Shown here: piece by piece, positions 1-9,545 of the stretch
How positions within the stretch are numbered: the stretch's first letter is position 1
Layout of the letters: the number at the start of each line of letters is the position of its first letter
Assembly (NCBI GenBank): GCA_963823665.1
Contig: CAWGMQ010000005.1
Coordinates: 96,001 to 160,000 of the forward strand
Reading direction: 5' to 3'
Source of the DNA: an uncultured Planctomycetota bacterium
GTDB taxonomy: Bacteria > Planctomycetota > Planctomycetia > Isosphaerales > Isosphaeraceae
DNA: 64,000 nt
The notes under the pieces: generated by a model
Databases searched by the model: none
Seen by the model: only the letters and a program-made list of their open reading frames with translations
Told to the model about the DNA's origin: nothing
Made by a program: the position numbers and the translations under genes

Positions 1-3
1 GTT

Positions 4-606
4 TCACGTGAATCCGGGATCTTCGAAGTTACCCGATACGTGAATCAAGAAAACGAGCTTTCCTTCGCGACTGGCTTCGCCGGCGGCCTCCGCGGGTGAT
101 TTGGCCCAGGTGAGCGCGGTGTCGAGCGAACGGTTGGCGGAGCAAACTTTCGCGGCGCCATTGCACGATTCTGGTTCCGCAAGCGTGAGGTCGGCCAGCG
201 CAAACCACGGCTTCTCCGGGAGCACGAATGGTGCAGCCGTTGCAACCGCGCCTGGCGAAAGAGCAAACTGATCGACCGGCGGCGACTTCTCAAAGCGAGG
301 TCCAGCGATCTGTTCCTTTTCGACCTGGGTCTCTGAACCCGGCAGACGGCCGGCTTTCGCGATCGGCACCGCCGCGTGCTCAGGCGGTGTGCCCACGTCC
401 TCAGCCGGTGCGGTTTTCGAGGCGACCGGTTGCCCGCTGTCTGCCAGCGCGCGCTTCGGACCATGCGTGCACCAGGTGTACGCCGCCAGGATGAGAGCGA
501 TTGACGCACAAAACCCCACGCCCGCGGCATAACCCACGAGCATTCCACGAAGCCAGCCCTGTGACAGTCTCGGCCCCATCGCCGGCAAGTTCCCACGAAC
601 ACTCAT
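4..606 (-). CDS. Membrane-anchored protein ending in the N-terminal part of a thioredoxin-like fold; may continue past an in-frame UGA beyond the window edge
   Basis: N-terminal hydrophobic segment and low-complexity linker, then WAKSPAEAAGEASREGKLVFLIHVSGNFEDPGFT-TGA-AAC. Confidence 0.6.
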   Translation of the reverse strand: MSVRGNLPAMGPRLSQGWLRGMLVGYAAGVGFCASIALILAAYTWCTHGPKRALADSGQPVASKTAPAEDVGTPPEHAAVPIAKAGRLPGSETQVEKEQIAGPRFEKSPPVDQFALSPGAVATAAPFVLPEKPWFALADLTLAEPESCNGAAKVCSANRSLDTALTWAKSPAEAAGEASREGKLVFLIHVSGNFEDPGFT

Positions 607-687
607 GGCGCGCCCCCCAATGAGAGTCGGAACAAGGCTTCCGTCCTTGGTTACGAACCTCCCGCGCGAGGTGTTCGCGGCTAATTT

Positions 688-1849
688 TCAGATCGTCGCG
701 CTGGCACCGGCCTGCACTGCCGCTTTCACTTTCTCGATGAACGCCGGCCAGCGTGGGTCCGATTCCAAGCTCATGAGCTCGATGTGGCTGTGCCGAACGG
801 GCAACCACGCCAGGAAGAACTCACGCTCGACGAGCGCCTGTTCCAGCGCGGCGAAGGCCAGGTCATTTTCTCCCAGGGCGGCATGAAGATGAGACAGGAA
901 ATACGGACGTGTGGGGGCGGGGATCGTGCGCTCGGCCAGCTCGCGTTGAATCTGCCGCGCTTGGCCTACATCCCCGGAGAGCGCCAGCGCCTGACCCAGT
1001 GTGGATAAGAACATGGGCAACCGTCCGGAAAGCTCAACGGCCCGGTGCAATTCCCCGAACGCAGCCTCGCGATCTCCCAGGAACCAGCATGCCCGGCCAA
1101 GCTGCTGGTGACTGACGGCAAAATTCGGGTCGAGTTCCAGAGAGCGGCGCAGCGGCGGGAGCGCCTCGGCGAACGATTTCAGGGAGTTAAACGACATGCC
1201 GAGGTATGCGTGGGCTGCTTTGGAGAGCGGGTCGCCTTCCACGGCACGTCGATTCTGGGCAATGGATTCCTGGTCACGTCCCCTATGGATCAGAAGCCAC
1301 CCATACCAGTAGCGGGCCGGAGTGTAGTTCGAATTCAATTCCAGGGCCTTCAGCAAGTGCCGTTCGGACCCGTACCAGTCCCAGTCGCACCAGCCAAGCA
1401 CGACGCCGAGTGAACAGTGGGCCTCGGCGGAATTGTCGTCCAAAGCTGATGTCATATACCCGGCAAACGTTGGGATGAGCGAGCTGCCGGGACAAGCGCA
1501 CGTCACTCACAAATAACTGAAAGCGCCTCGAACTCTCGGCGACGCCGCGCGGCAGAAATTTGAGCGCCACCGGATGACCGAGCTTCAAGTCATCGGCGCG
1601 ATAGACCTCTCCCATGCCGCCCCGGCCGGCGAGGGACACGATGCGATAGCGGCCGGCGATTTTGGTTCCCGACAGGAACCGGCCATGAGCCGACGAATCC
1701 GGGTCGGAAATCGATGGGGAAGCGCTTGGGTCGGTCGGAGGGTCGTGATCGATCGTTGCCTCCGGCTCCGGCACGAGCAGGCCGCCGCAGGCCGAGCAGA
1801 ACTTGCTGTCAGCGTTGTTTTCGGCGGAGCAGGCGGGGCAGGTTTTCAT
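688..1849 (-). pseudogene. Internally deleted Ser/Thr protein kinase-TPR gene (zinc ribbon plus kinase N-lobe joined out of frame to a TPR C-terminus)
   Basis: CPAC...CSAC ribbon, GRGGMGEVY, VALKFL and HPNVCRVYDI, then an abrupt switch near 1447 to TPR repeats (ALDDNSAEAHCSLG...ALELDPNFAVSHQQLG); HRD and DFG motifs absent. Confidence 0.8.
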
Positions 1850-2026
1850 GGGTCATCCGGCCCCCGTCGCGGTGCCGAATCTCCATAGCCGTTTGGCAAT
1901 CATCGCAACGATTCTGAGAATGGAGCGATTTTAGCAATGCGGTTTCGAAATGCCACCAGCGAGTCGCGTTCGAACGACGAAAAGACGGGCCGCGCAAGTG
2001 GTTTACGGCAAAGGCGACAAAGGTGG

Positions 2027-3437
2027 TCAGCCGCCAAGCCCCGGAATCGGCCGGCCGCCTTCCGTGACGATGGGGTGGGGCCGTCCCAGCGGGTCGGTCC
2101 AGTGGGCATCGGGGTCGATCCCAAGGTGGCGGAAGACGGTGGCCCCGAGGTCGCTCGGAGTTACCCGGCCGGTGCGGATCTCGGAGGCGGTGCGGTCGGT
2201 GCTGCCGATCGCCTGGCCATGCGCCAGCCCGCCGCCGGCGACGAGCATCGACATGCAGGTCAGGTAGTGTTCGCGGCCTCCCGTCGCGGTGATCGCCGGC
2301 GACCGGCCGAACTCCCCCATCATCAAGATCAGGGTGCTGTCGAGCAGGCCCCGTGCCTCCAGGTCGTTGACCAGTGCATAAATCGCGCGGTCGATGCGCG
2401 GCAAGAGCGGCTTGAGGCCCTTGATCAGACCGCCCCAGATCACGTCGTCGCCGTGGTTGTCGAAGAGCCCGAAGAAGCCGCTGACGACCACGAAGGTGAC
2501 ACCCGCCTCGACCAGCCGCCGCGCCAGAAGAGCGCGCTCGCCCAGGGTGTTACGGCCGTAGAGATTCCGGACCCGGTCCGGTTCCTGGTCGATCTGAAAA
2601 GCTTGCCGCGCTTTACCGGAAAGGACCATTGATAGCGCTTGACGATTGTAGATGTCCATGCTCGCCATGGTGTCGCCGGTGTCCAGCGAGCTTTGCAGGC
2701 GGTCGAATTGCGCAAGCAGCACGGCGCGGTCATTGGCGCGGGCGACGTTGACCGCCGGGTGCAACGCGAGGCGCCCGGCGAACTCGCCGCCGTCGACCGG
2801 CTGGTAGGCGGGGCCGAGAGGGCCGGCGCCCCAGACGTCGGCCTTCCAGTTGTTCCCCGCATCCGCCAGGCCGACGAAGGCCGGCATGCCCGGCTGGTTC
2901 GGCCCTCGAAACCGCGCGGCGAGCGAGCCCATCGACGGGTGACGGCCGCCGTCGGCGAACGTTGGCGACTGCGACAGCGTGTTGCCGGATTGCATGGTGG
3001 CCGGGTGATGATCGCGGCTTTCCCGGCAATCCACGGAGCGGATCAAGGTCAGCCGGTCCATGATACTGGCCTGCAGCGGCAAGTGCTCGCACACTCGGAT
3101 GCCGGGGACCCTGGTGTCGATCGTCCCAAAGGGACCGCGAATTTCGCCGGGGGCATCGGGTTTGGGGTCCCACGTATCGATGTGGCTGGGACCGCCGGAG
3201 AGCCAGAAGAGAATCACCGAAGTTTTGCGCTGTGCCACCCGCCGTGGTCGCCCGAGCACGGCTTTGCAAGAGGGCGGGTAGCGACAGCCCCGCCAGGCCT
3301 GTCAGGCCTGTTTGCAGAAACCACCGCCGCGAGCCGACTCGGATCAGGTCGGAAGCCGCCGGTTGTAGCGGATTTTCGCAAGCGGCGCCGGCGTGCTCGG
3401 CGTCATGATACCGGTTGGACTGGGCTGGGGCGATCAC
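2027..3437 (-). CDS. DUF1501 family protein, Tat-type signal (one frameshift near 3255)
   Basis: SRRWFLQTG signal, WLSGGPSHIDTWDPKP, LLARRLVEAGV, MGEFGRSP; GTG start preceded by CAGGAGA. Confidence 0.9.
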
Positions 3438-3560
3438 GACGAGTCTCCTGCCGGGTATCCCAAACACCCCTGACGATACAATCAACGCGGCTCATGGTCG
3501 ACCGCCCGACCCTATGCGGTATCATCCTTGCCTGTCAAGCATACGGGCCCTCGGGGCGGG

Positions 3561-3577
3561 AAAAGGTGTCAGGAACC
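3561..3577 (+). repeat. AAAAGGTGTCAGGAACC motif, possible remnant of a REP/MITE-like end
   Basis: Shares the GGTGTC core with the right end of the 140-bp elements; sits at the left edge of the accessory zone; no partner end visible. Confidence 0.35.
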
Positions 3578-3704
3578 GAAAATGGCTTTCCCGTCACGCG
3601 TCACTTGATGGATGCCAGCCCGCGAATACCCGGTACGCTCGCACAATCCGTGCATCAGGATCGCCGGCATGATCACGCGGCACGACGAGCATCCGCCCCA
3701 CCAC

Positions 3705-4511
3705 TCAGCGGCTGATCTTCAGGCTCGGCAACGCCCGCTGTAGTTCATTCACTCCGGCGTCGGTGACCTGCGTCGACATGAGATCGAGATCCGACAGTTT
3801 GGTCAGCCCGTGCAGGTGCGCCAGCCCGGCGTCGGTGACGTGAGTGCGAGTGAGGTTAAGTTCCGAGAGATCGGTCAGTCCCTTAAGCTGCTCCAGCCCG
3901 GCATCGGTGATTTGTGTACCACCAAGGCTGAGTGAGGTAAGGTGCTTCAGCGCCGTCAAATGCGCAAGTCCGGCGTCCGTGACCCGATTGCCGTCAAGGA
4001 AAAGAGCCGTGAGGTTTGTGAGGCCCTTCAGATACAACAGCCCAGCATCTCTGACCCGAGTGTCTCGGACGCAAAGGACCGAGAGGTTTGTCAGTCCCGT
4101 AAGCTGCGATAGCCCGGTGTCGCTCAGGGTAGAAGGGATGACAATACAATCCCAGGACGATTGATCGTGAAACAGAGCCTGTAGCCGGGTGAGACGTCCG
4201 ACCTGTGCGATCGCTGCATCGTCGGCTTCGCTTGGGGTGAGAAAGACAAACGTGACGTGATCGAAATAGTCGACCCCGATCAGATCGATGAGCCACCGTG
4301 GCCCCCAGGGTTTTCCCCCCGAAATCGACGCTCCGTTGTTCCACTCCCAGTCATAACCGACGTTGCCGCCGACTTTCTGGATCGCCGCCACCGCCTCACG
4401 CTGAATCCGAGCGTTGCGAACGAGCCAGCCAAGCCAAACACCGATCACAAGCACCAGAACGATCAGCCCCCGCACGCTGAAGCGCAGGAATCTTCGCCAG
4501 GGCCGCCGGAT
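3705..4511 (-). CDS. Leucine-rich repeat (RNI-like) protein with planctomycete RFSVRGL N-terminal anchor; native start apparently removed by repeat copy 1
   Basis: 24-aa repeats LxxLxLxxTxVTDAGLxxLxxLxx; RRPWRRFLRFSVRGLIVLVLVIG abuts the repeat. Confidence 0.85.
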   Translation of the reverse strand: MRRPWRRFLRFSVRGLIVLVLVIGVWLGWLVRNARIQREAVAAIQKVGGNVGYDWEWNNGASISGGKPWGPRWLIDLIGVDYFDHVTFVFLTPSEADDAAIAQVGRLTRLQALFHDQSSWDCIVIPSTLSDTGLSQLTGLTNLSVLCVRDTRVRDAGLLYLKGLTNLTALFLDGNRVTDAGLAHLTALKHLTSLSLGGTQITDAGLEQLKGLTDLSELNLTRTHVTDAGLAHLHGLTKLSDLDLMSTQVTDAGVNELQRALPSLKISR

Positions 4512-4690
4512 GGGAAGCAAGACACCCACCCTTTCGTCGTGAATCAAAGATGAAACCGTTCGGGGAAAGGCGCAGCCGGACACCCATTCTCTCCGAGTGA
4601 TCCATCCACGGCTGCCTCAAACTCGCCAAAACGCTGGGTGTCTTGAAACCTGGTGTCTTGAATCCCAAAACGCTGGGTGTCTTGAATCCC
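4512..4690 (+). mobile_element. ~140-bp TIR element, copy 1, with triplicated right end
   Basis: GGGAAGCAAGACACCCA at 4512; TGGGTGTCTTG at 4635-4645; extra right ends at 4651-4666 and 4667-4690. Confidence 0.85.
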
Positions 4691-5171
4691 TGCGCCGTCC
4701 AGCCGATCCGCTCGTCCTTCAACCGATGGACCCGGCCACGGGTCGCGAGGGGCTGCTCCCGCGCCGACTGTTCGAGCTCGCTGTCGGACAGCCCATCGAT
4801 CAGGCCAACTCCGAACAGTGGCGGAGTATTGCGTGCCGTCAACCGGAACCCCACGCGATTGCTCCCCAAGCCGTTCTCCACGTCCCGCTCGGTGGCCATG
4901 GTCTCCCTGTTCAGCTCCTCCATGGTCGGGTTCGGAAAACACTTGCTGGGCCTGTCCTCATATCGAATTCGGGGGCCGACAGTCGTGTGTCGGCGACCGG
5001 AGTGGCTGGTCGAGTCCATCGAGACGATTTTAGCCCTGATCGAGGCTGCCGAGACGCGAGCACTCGTGCGGCATCGAGAACGACCTGCCCCGCGGTTGTC
5101 AGACCGATCAGGCCCGCCAGCGCCCACCGCCAGGCGCGGGACGGTCGCACCGCCGGCGCCCGGACTCGCAT
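4691..5171 (-). pseudogene. Di-haem oxidoreductase family remnant, 3'-truncated at repeat copy 1
   Basis: RNTPPLFGVGLIDGLSD...GRVHRL...IGWTAQ runs directly into the repeat; signal-like N-terminus is in another frame; no CxxCH left. Confidence 0.65.
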
Positions 5172-5415
5172 CGGCGGCACACCGCGAGAAATCGCGCCCG
5201 TCACAGTCATACCTGAAGCCTTCATCGGGGAAGGAGTCCGCGTCCGACCGGTTCGTTGGCCTCTATTGAGGCATTCGTCCCCGGTCGCGGTTTTGTTCGA
5301 GGGACCTCCGGTGAAATGGGACTCAGGTCGGATCGACCGAATCAACTCCAGATCAATCGACTTCGGTATCGTCGGACCGAAGCGGACAGTCTCCGCTGCT
5401 ATCGGAACCCCAGCG

Positions 5416-6168
5416 TTACTTTTTTGCCTTGGCCTTCTCCCGCGCGGCGGCCTCGGCGAGGACCGACTCGGGGTCGTCGTTGAACGTGTCGCGGCAGCCG
5501 GTGCAGCAGACCCAGTAGGTCTTGCCCTTGTAGTTGACCTTGATCGTGCCGCGGCCCTCGGTAACGACGCAGAGCGGGTACGACTCGCCCGTGGCGAAGG
5601 CGACTCCCTCGCGGGTGTAGCCGACCTCGCCGAGCCGGGAGAAGGTGTGGAGCTCGGGGTCCTCGGCCTCCAGCAGGACGAGCAGGCGGGTGTCGTGCAG
5701 CGGGGTGATCGAGACCCGGCGCACTCCGCCGGCCGGGGCCTTGGCGTCGGCCGTCAGGACCAGCGGCTTCTTTTCCTCCGCCGCACCGGCGAAGGTGCGG
5801 GACGTGCCGTCGGCGAGGGTCGCCTTGAGGACGAACGTGCCGGGCGCCTTGCCCGCCCGAAGTACGCCCGACTTGAGGTACTTGCCCTTCTTGACCGTTA
5901 TCTCCAGTCCGGCCGAGTCGCTGGTGAGCTTCCAGGCCCAGACCGCCGACTCCATCCACGCCCCGCGCACCCGTCCCCGCTGGACCTGCCCGACCCCGCG
6001 CCACGAGCCCACGAGCGGGGCGTACGCCTTCAGCGCCTCCTGGTCGGCGCGCCGGGCCGGCGCGACCTTGTCCTTGTCGTCGACAGCCCGCACCGTGACC
6101 GCGGCCGCCGCCACGACCCCCAGCGCCGCCAACAGGCCGACGCCCGACGAAACCCTGGCCCTTCGCAT
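5416..6168 (-). CDS. Secreted protein with C-terminal YHS/TRASH-like metal-binding domain
   Basis: Signal peptide MRRARVSSGVGLLAALGVVAAAA; CVVTEG...YKGKTYWVCCTGCRDTFNDDPE. Confidence 0.8.
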   Translation of the reverse strand: MRRARVSSGVGLLAALGVVAAAAVTVRAVDDKDKVAPARRADQEALKAYAPLVGSWRGVGQVQRGRVRGAWMESAVWAWKLTSDSAGLEITVKKGKYLKSGVLRAGKAPGTFVLKATLADGTSRTFAGAAEEKKPLVLTADAKAPAGGVRRVSITPLHDTRLLVLLEAEDPELHTFSRLGEVGYTREGVAFATGESYPLCVVTEGRGTIKVNYKGKTYWVCCTGCRDTFNDDPESVLAEAAAREKAKAKK

Positions 6169-6267
6169 CGTGGACTCGCCCCCCTGAAGACTGACCCTCC
6201 CGTCGCCGACCCCGACCCCGACCATTGTAGGATGAAACCCCGCCCGGAAGCCATACTCTGTTTCGAT

Positions 6268-6414
6268 GGGAAGCAAGAAGCAAGACACCCACCCTTTCGT
6301 CGGGAATCAAAGATGAAACCGCGCGGGGAAAGGCGCAGCCGGACACCCATGCTCTCCGAGTGATCCATCCATGGCTGCCTCAAACTCGCCAAAACGCTGG
6401 GTGTCTTGGATCCC
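6268..6414 (+). mobile_element. ~140-bp TIR element, copy 2 (duplicated GAAGCAA at left end)
   Basis: CAAGACACCCA at 6281 to TGGGTGTCTTG at 6398-6408, 128-bp core. Confidence 0.85.
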
Positions 6415-6512
6415 TCTTTGATCAATCATCGTCAACAATCAAGAAGTTTGAGACAATGGGTGCTTGGCCTCCGATCAAAGGAAGATGGAGGCGGTGCCGC
6501 CAAGAGGTCGCG

Positions 6513-6956
6513 ATGAAAGTACCCCACTTCCGAATCGCCTCGATCATGGTGGTCGTCGCCATCGTCGCACTCAACCTCGTGGCGATTCGGGCTTTGCTTG
6601 GATTCCGTTCTCTAATGGGTGAATTGTTGATACTGAGTGCCCTGCCGATGGCGAACCTCTTGGCAGTCGGCCTGCTGATTGGTAGACGGCGTCCTGGGAA
6701 CCGTCCATTCCTCCTGGGCTTCGCGCCGTTCGGTGCGATGGCGCTCGCCCTTTACGTCGCCGTGACGACGTCTGTTCCTCGTGAGATTGTGGTATCCTGG
6801 CTGGCGCCGGTGAGCGACTACTTGGTGAGAATGATCGGGGCACATCGACCGTTGCTCTTCATCCGAGCCCTGACCTTCGCCTGTCTGCTCATACTGGTCT
6901 TGCCTCAAGTGATCTTCGCTCTGATCGGTGGCTTCCTATCCCGGAGATTCAAGTGA
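6513..6956 (+). CDS. Planctomycete-type small membrane protein
   Basis: MKVPHFRIASIMVVVAIVALNL, about 4 TM segments, GAGG RBS; paralog of 28521-29051. Confidence 0.75.
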   Translation: MKVPHFRIASIMVVVAIVALNLVAIRALLGFRSLMGELLILSALPMANLLAVGLLIGRRRPGNRPFLLGFAPFGAMALALYVAVTTSVPREIVVSWLAPVSDYLVRMIGAHRPLLFIRALTFACLLILVLPQVIFALIGGFLSRRFK

Positions 6957-6982
6957 GGAGGCAGACACTCGTCAGTCGCATG

Positions 6983-7122
6983 GGGAAGCAAGACATCCAC
7001 CCTTTCGTCGGGAATCAAAGATGAAACCGTGGGAGGAAAGGCGCAGCGGGACACCCATTCTCGTCGAGTGATCCGTCCATGGCTGCGTCAAACTCGCCAA
7101 AACGCTGCGTGTCTTGAATCCC
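6983..7122 (+). mobile_element. ~140-bp TIR element, copy 3 (simple ends, most diverged TIRs)
   Basis: GGGAAGCAAGACATCCA ... TGCGTGTCTTGAATCCC, exactly 140 bp. Confidence 0.85.
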
Positions 7123-7337
7123 CATCCCAATGGACAAGGACGTTTCATAGGGTACGCTATTTGTCTATGCCTTCCGATGGCCGCTCCCTCGGTCCGATTC
7201 CTGAGAACAGGCATCCAACGACGACTGACTGGAGGGCGTCGCCGCAAGAAGAACGCGCGAAGTCCGAGATCTGAGGGGAAGATGGTGGATTCAAATACTC
7301 CGGCGCCGGCCGCGAGTATGGCAGGTACGGGATCGAC

Positions 7338-8388
7338 ATGCGAAGACTCAAGGTCGACCTTCAAGACGTGGCGATCGCCTTTGAAGACCACGGTTCCGAG
7401 TTGAGCCACTACCTCGACATGCAGACCGGCCGGGTCGTTTCCGTCGGCGCAAACGACTTCTCGGAGATCGATGAAGACGACGATGTACTCCGGGAAGATG
7501 AGCTCCGAGAAGATGACTACGAAGGGCCCGAACTGCCTAGCGAGCCTGACTGGATTCGAGCCGAACATGCACTTCGCGCGGAAGTCTGCAATGGGCTGGG
7601 CACGCGGTACATTGAAATCCCCGCCGACGACCGTCGCGAAGCCTACCGCGACATGGAAGAGTTTGTTGACACCGTGCAGGACAGTCGCCTCCAGGCTTGG
7701 CTGGCACGCGACATCGTGGGCCGCGGCGCATTTCGCCGGTTCCAAGATAGGCTTTCCGGGGACTTTCACGAGCGACGCCGTTGGTTTGAATTCAAGAATG
7801 CGCGGCTGGAAGCGCGAATACGCGATTGGTTGGCGTCCGAGGAGATCGAGCCAATCGAAGATCCCCGCGATCAGGAGCGGGAAGAACAGCGGAAGGCCCA
7901 GGAGTTGGTCGATATTCGACTCGACCTGGTCGCCGCGGTCTTGGATTTCGTTGGTTCCGTGGCGCGGACTCCCGGGGGTGCTGCGGATCGCGCTCATCGG
8001 GTCCTTGACAACCGATCGGCTAGACCCGAAGGATGCCGACCTTCTCGTCACTGTGGCAGATGACGCCGGCCTTGGCGCGCTCGCCAAGTCTGCCCGTCGC
8101 ATGCAGGGTCGTGCGCAGAGTTCCAACCGCGGAGCCGATGTTTTTCTACTGGATCCGCGCGGACGCTATATCGGGCGCACGTGTCAGTGGAAAGACTGTG
8201 GTCCCGGAATTCGTCAGAGCTGCGACGCCCTCCATTGCGGCCAACGGCACTACCTTCACGATGACCTGGCCGCGGTCACTCTCCCGAGAGAGATCACAGA
8301 TTCCCCAGCCATCGAGCTATGGCCCGGGCTGGTCACCCGCGTGCCGGTTCCACAAGACCTCAAGGCGGGGCTAATCGACAAGTTGTGA
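7338..8388 (+). CDS. UPF0158-like domain fused (frameshift near 7975) to a Pol-beta-type nucleotidyltransferase-like domain with Cys/His tail
   Basis: YLDMQTGRV...AYRDMEEFV...GRGAFRRFQD...W; then IALIGSLTTDRLDPKDADLLV and CxxxxCxPGIRxxCDALHCGxRHYLHDD. Confidence 0.7.
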
Positions 8389-8439
8389 TCGTCGTCCTCT
8401 CTCTTTTGTCGCTAGCTGATTCGAAAGGTCGTTTCATCC

Positions 8440-8736
8440 ATGAACCAGTCACCTGAACTCACGCCGGCCGAGCAAGTTCATGCTGGCCTTTACCGAGACC
8501 CGTCGCAGCTTTTCAAACGGGCGCTAGGTCGCAAGCTTTCCTTCATCATCCCGTCGCTCGTGCTCATGATTGTCTGGCTTTTCACGCGTGAGCTCCCCTA
8601 CGTCATTCTCGGTTATGGGATCTTGCTTTACGAAGAGGTGCTTGGAATCTTCTTGGCCAAGAGAGGCATTCAGACCACCAATCAAGTCCTCACGAGATAT
8701 CAGCAAAAGGTCCCAAATCAAGCAGACGCTCCCTGA
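8440..8736 (+). CDS. Small hypothetical membrane protein
   Basis: 98-aa ATG ORF with two TM segments, ending 33 bp before repeat copy 4. Confidence 0.6.
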   Translation: MNQSPELTPAEQVHAGLYRDPSQLFKRALGRKLSFIIPSLVLMIVWLFTRELPYVILGYGILLYEEVLGIFLAKRGIQTTNQVLTRYQQKVPNQADAP

Positions 8737-8769
8737 CAGGGCGATCCCGATTTCTGCATCTACAACGAG

Positions 8770-8939
8770 GGGAAGCAGGAAGCAAGACACCCATCCGTTC
8801 GTCGGGAATAAAAGATGAAACCGTCCGGGAAAAGCGCATCCGGACACTCATTCTCTCCGAGTGATCCATCCATGGCTGCCTCAAACTCGCCAAAACGCTG
8901 GGTGTCTTGAATCCCAAAACTCTGGGTGTCTTGAAACCC
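8770..8939 (+). mobile_element. ~140-bp TIR element, copy 4 (both ends duplicated)
   Basis: GGGAAGCAGGAAGCAAGACACCCA; TGGGTGTCTTG at 8899-8909; second right end AAAACTCTGGGTGTCTTGAAACCC at 8916-8939. Confidence 0.85.
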
Positions 8940-8991
8940 ATCTGACCTATGGATGCTGCAGAAAATTCCCGGCCGGAGTTCAACTGAAAGC

Positions 8992-9545
8992 CTAAGCCAG
9001 TGATAGCTTGAACAACTCTTGCGCCACTGCGTGACGCCCTAGAACAACATGCGTCGCACGCTCGCCCGCGACGTGCTCCGTACAGGTGTATCCGAGCTTG
9101 ACGAGATCAATTTCGCCAAGGAAGCGTTCGCCCGAGCCGAGGAGCACCGGGCATATCGCCAGATTCAGCTCATCGATCAGTCCGGCGCGAAGATACTGCT
9201 GATCGGTGGCGACGCCGCCTCCGATACAAACGTCTTTCCCATTCGCGGCCGCTGTGGCTCTCTCGAGGGCGCGGTGGATTCCATCCGTCATGAAATGGAA
9301 CGTCGTTCCTCCCTGCATCGGGATCGATTCGCGCGGGTAGTGGGTCAGCACGAACACGGGGCTGCGAAACGGCGGCGTCTCTCCCCACCCGCCCTTCCAG
9401 GAGTTGTCAGGCCACGGCCCTCGAACGGGTCCGAGCATGTTTCTGCCGAAGATGTAGGCGCCCACGTTCAGGAACCTCCGAGCGAAGAAGTCATCGTCGA
9501 TCCCGGTCGTTCCTGCGTCCTTGCCGTGAATGGGCTGGAACGTCC
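8992..9545 (-). pseudogene. Dihydrofolate reductase/RibD C-terminal family gene, 5'-truncated
   Basis: IFGRNMLGP, PVFVLTH, DVCIGGG, LIDELNLAICPVLLGSGERF; the usual N-terminal SLDG strand is missing. Confidence 0.75.

Noticed and set aside
4597..6363. 588-aa plus-strand ORF
   Set aside because: Antisense shadow of real minus-strand genes, starting inside a repeat; typical of high-GC DNA
4512..8939. CRISPR array or classical integron
   Set aside because: Repeats are 140 bp with kb-scale intervals; no cas or intI genes; no attC GTTRRRY cores; cargo lies on both strands
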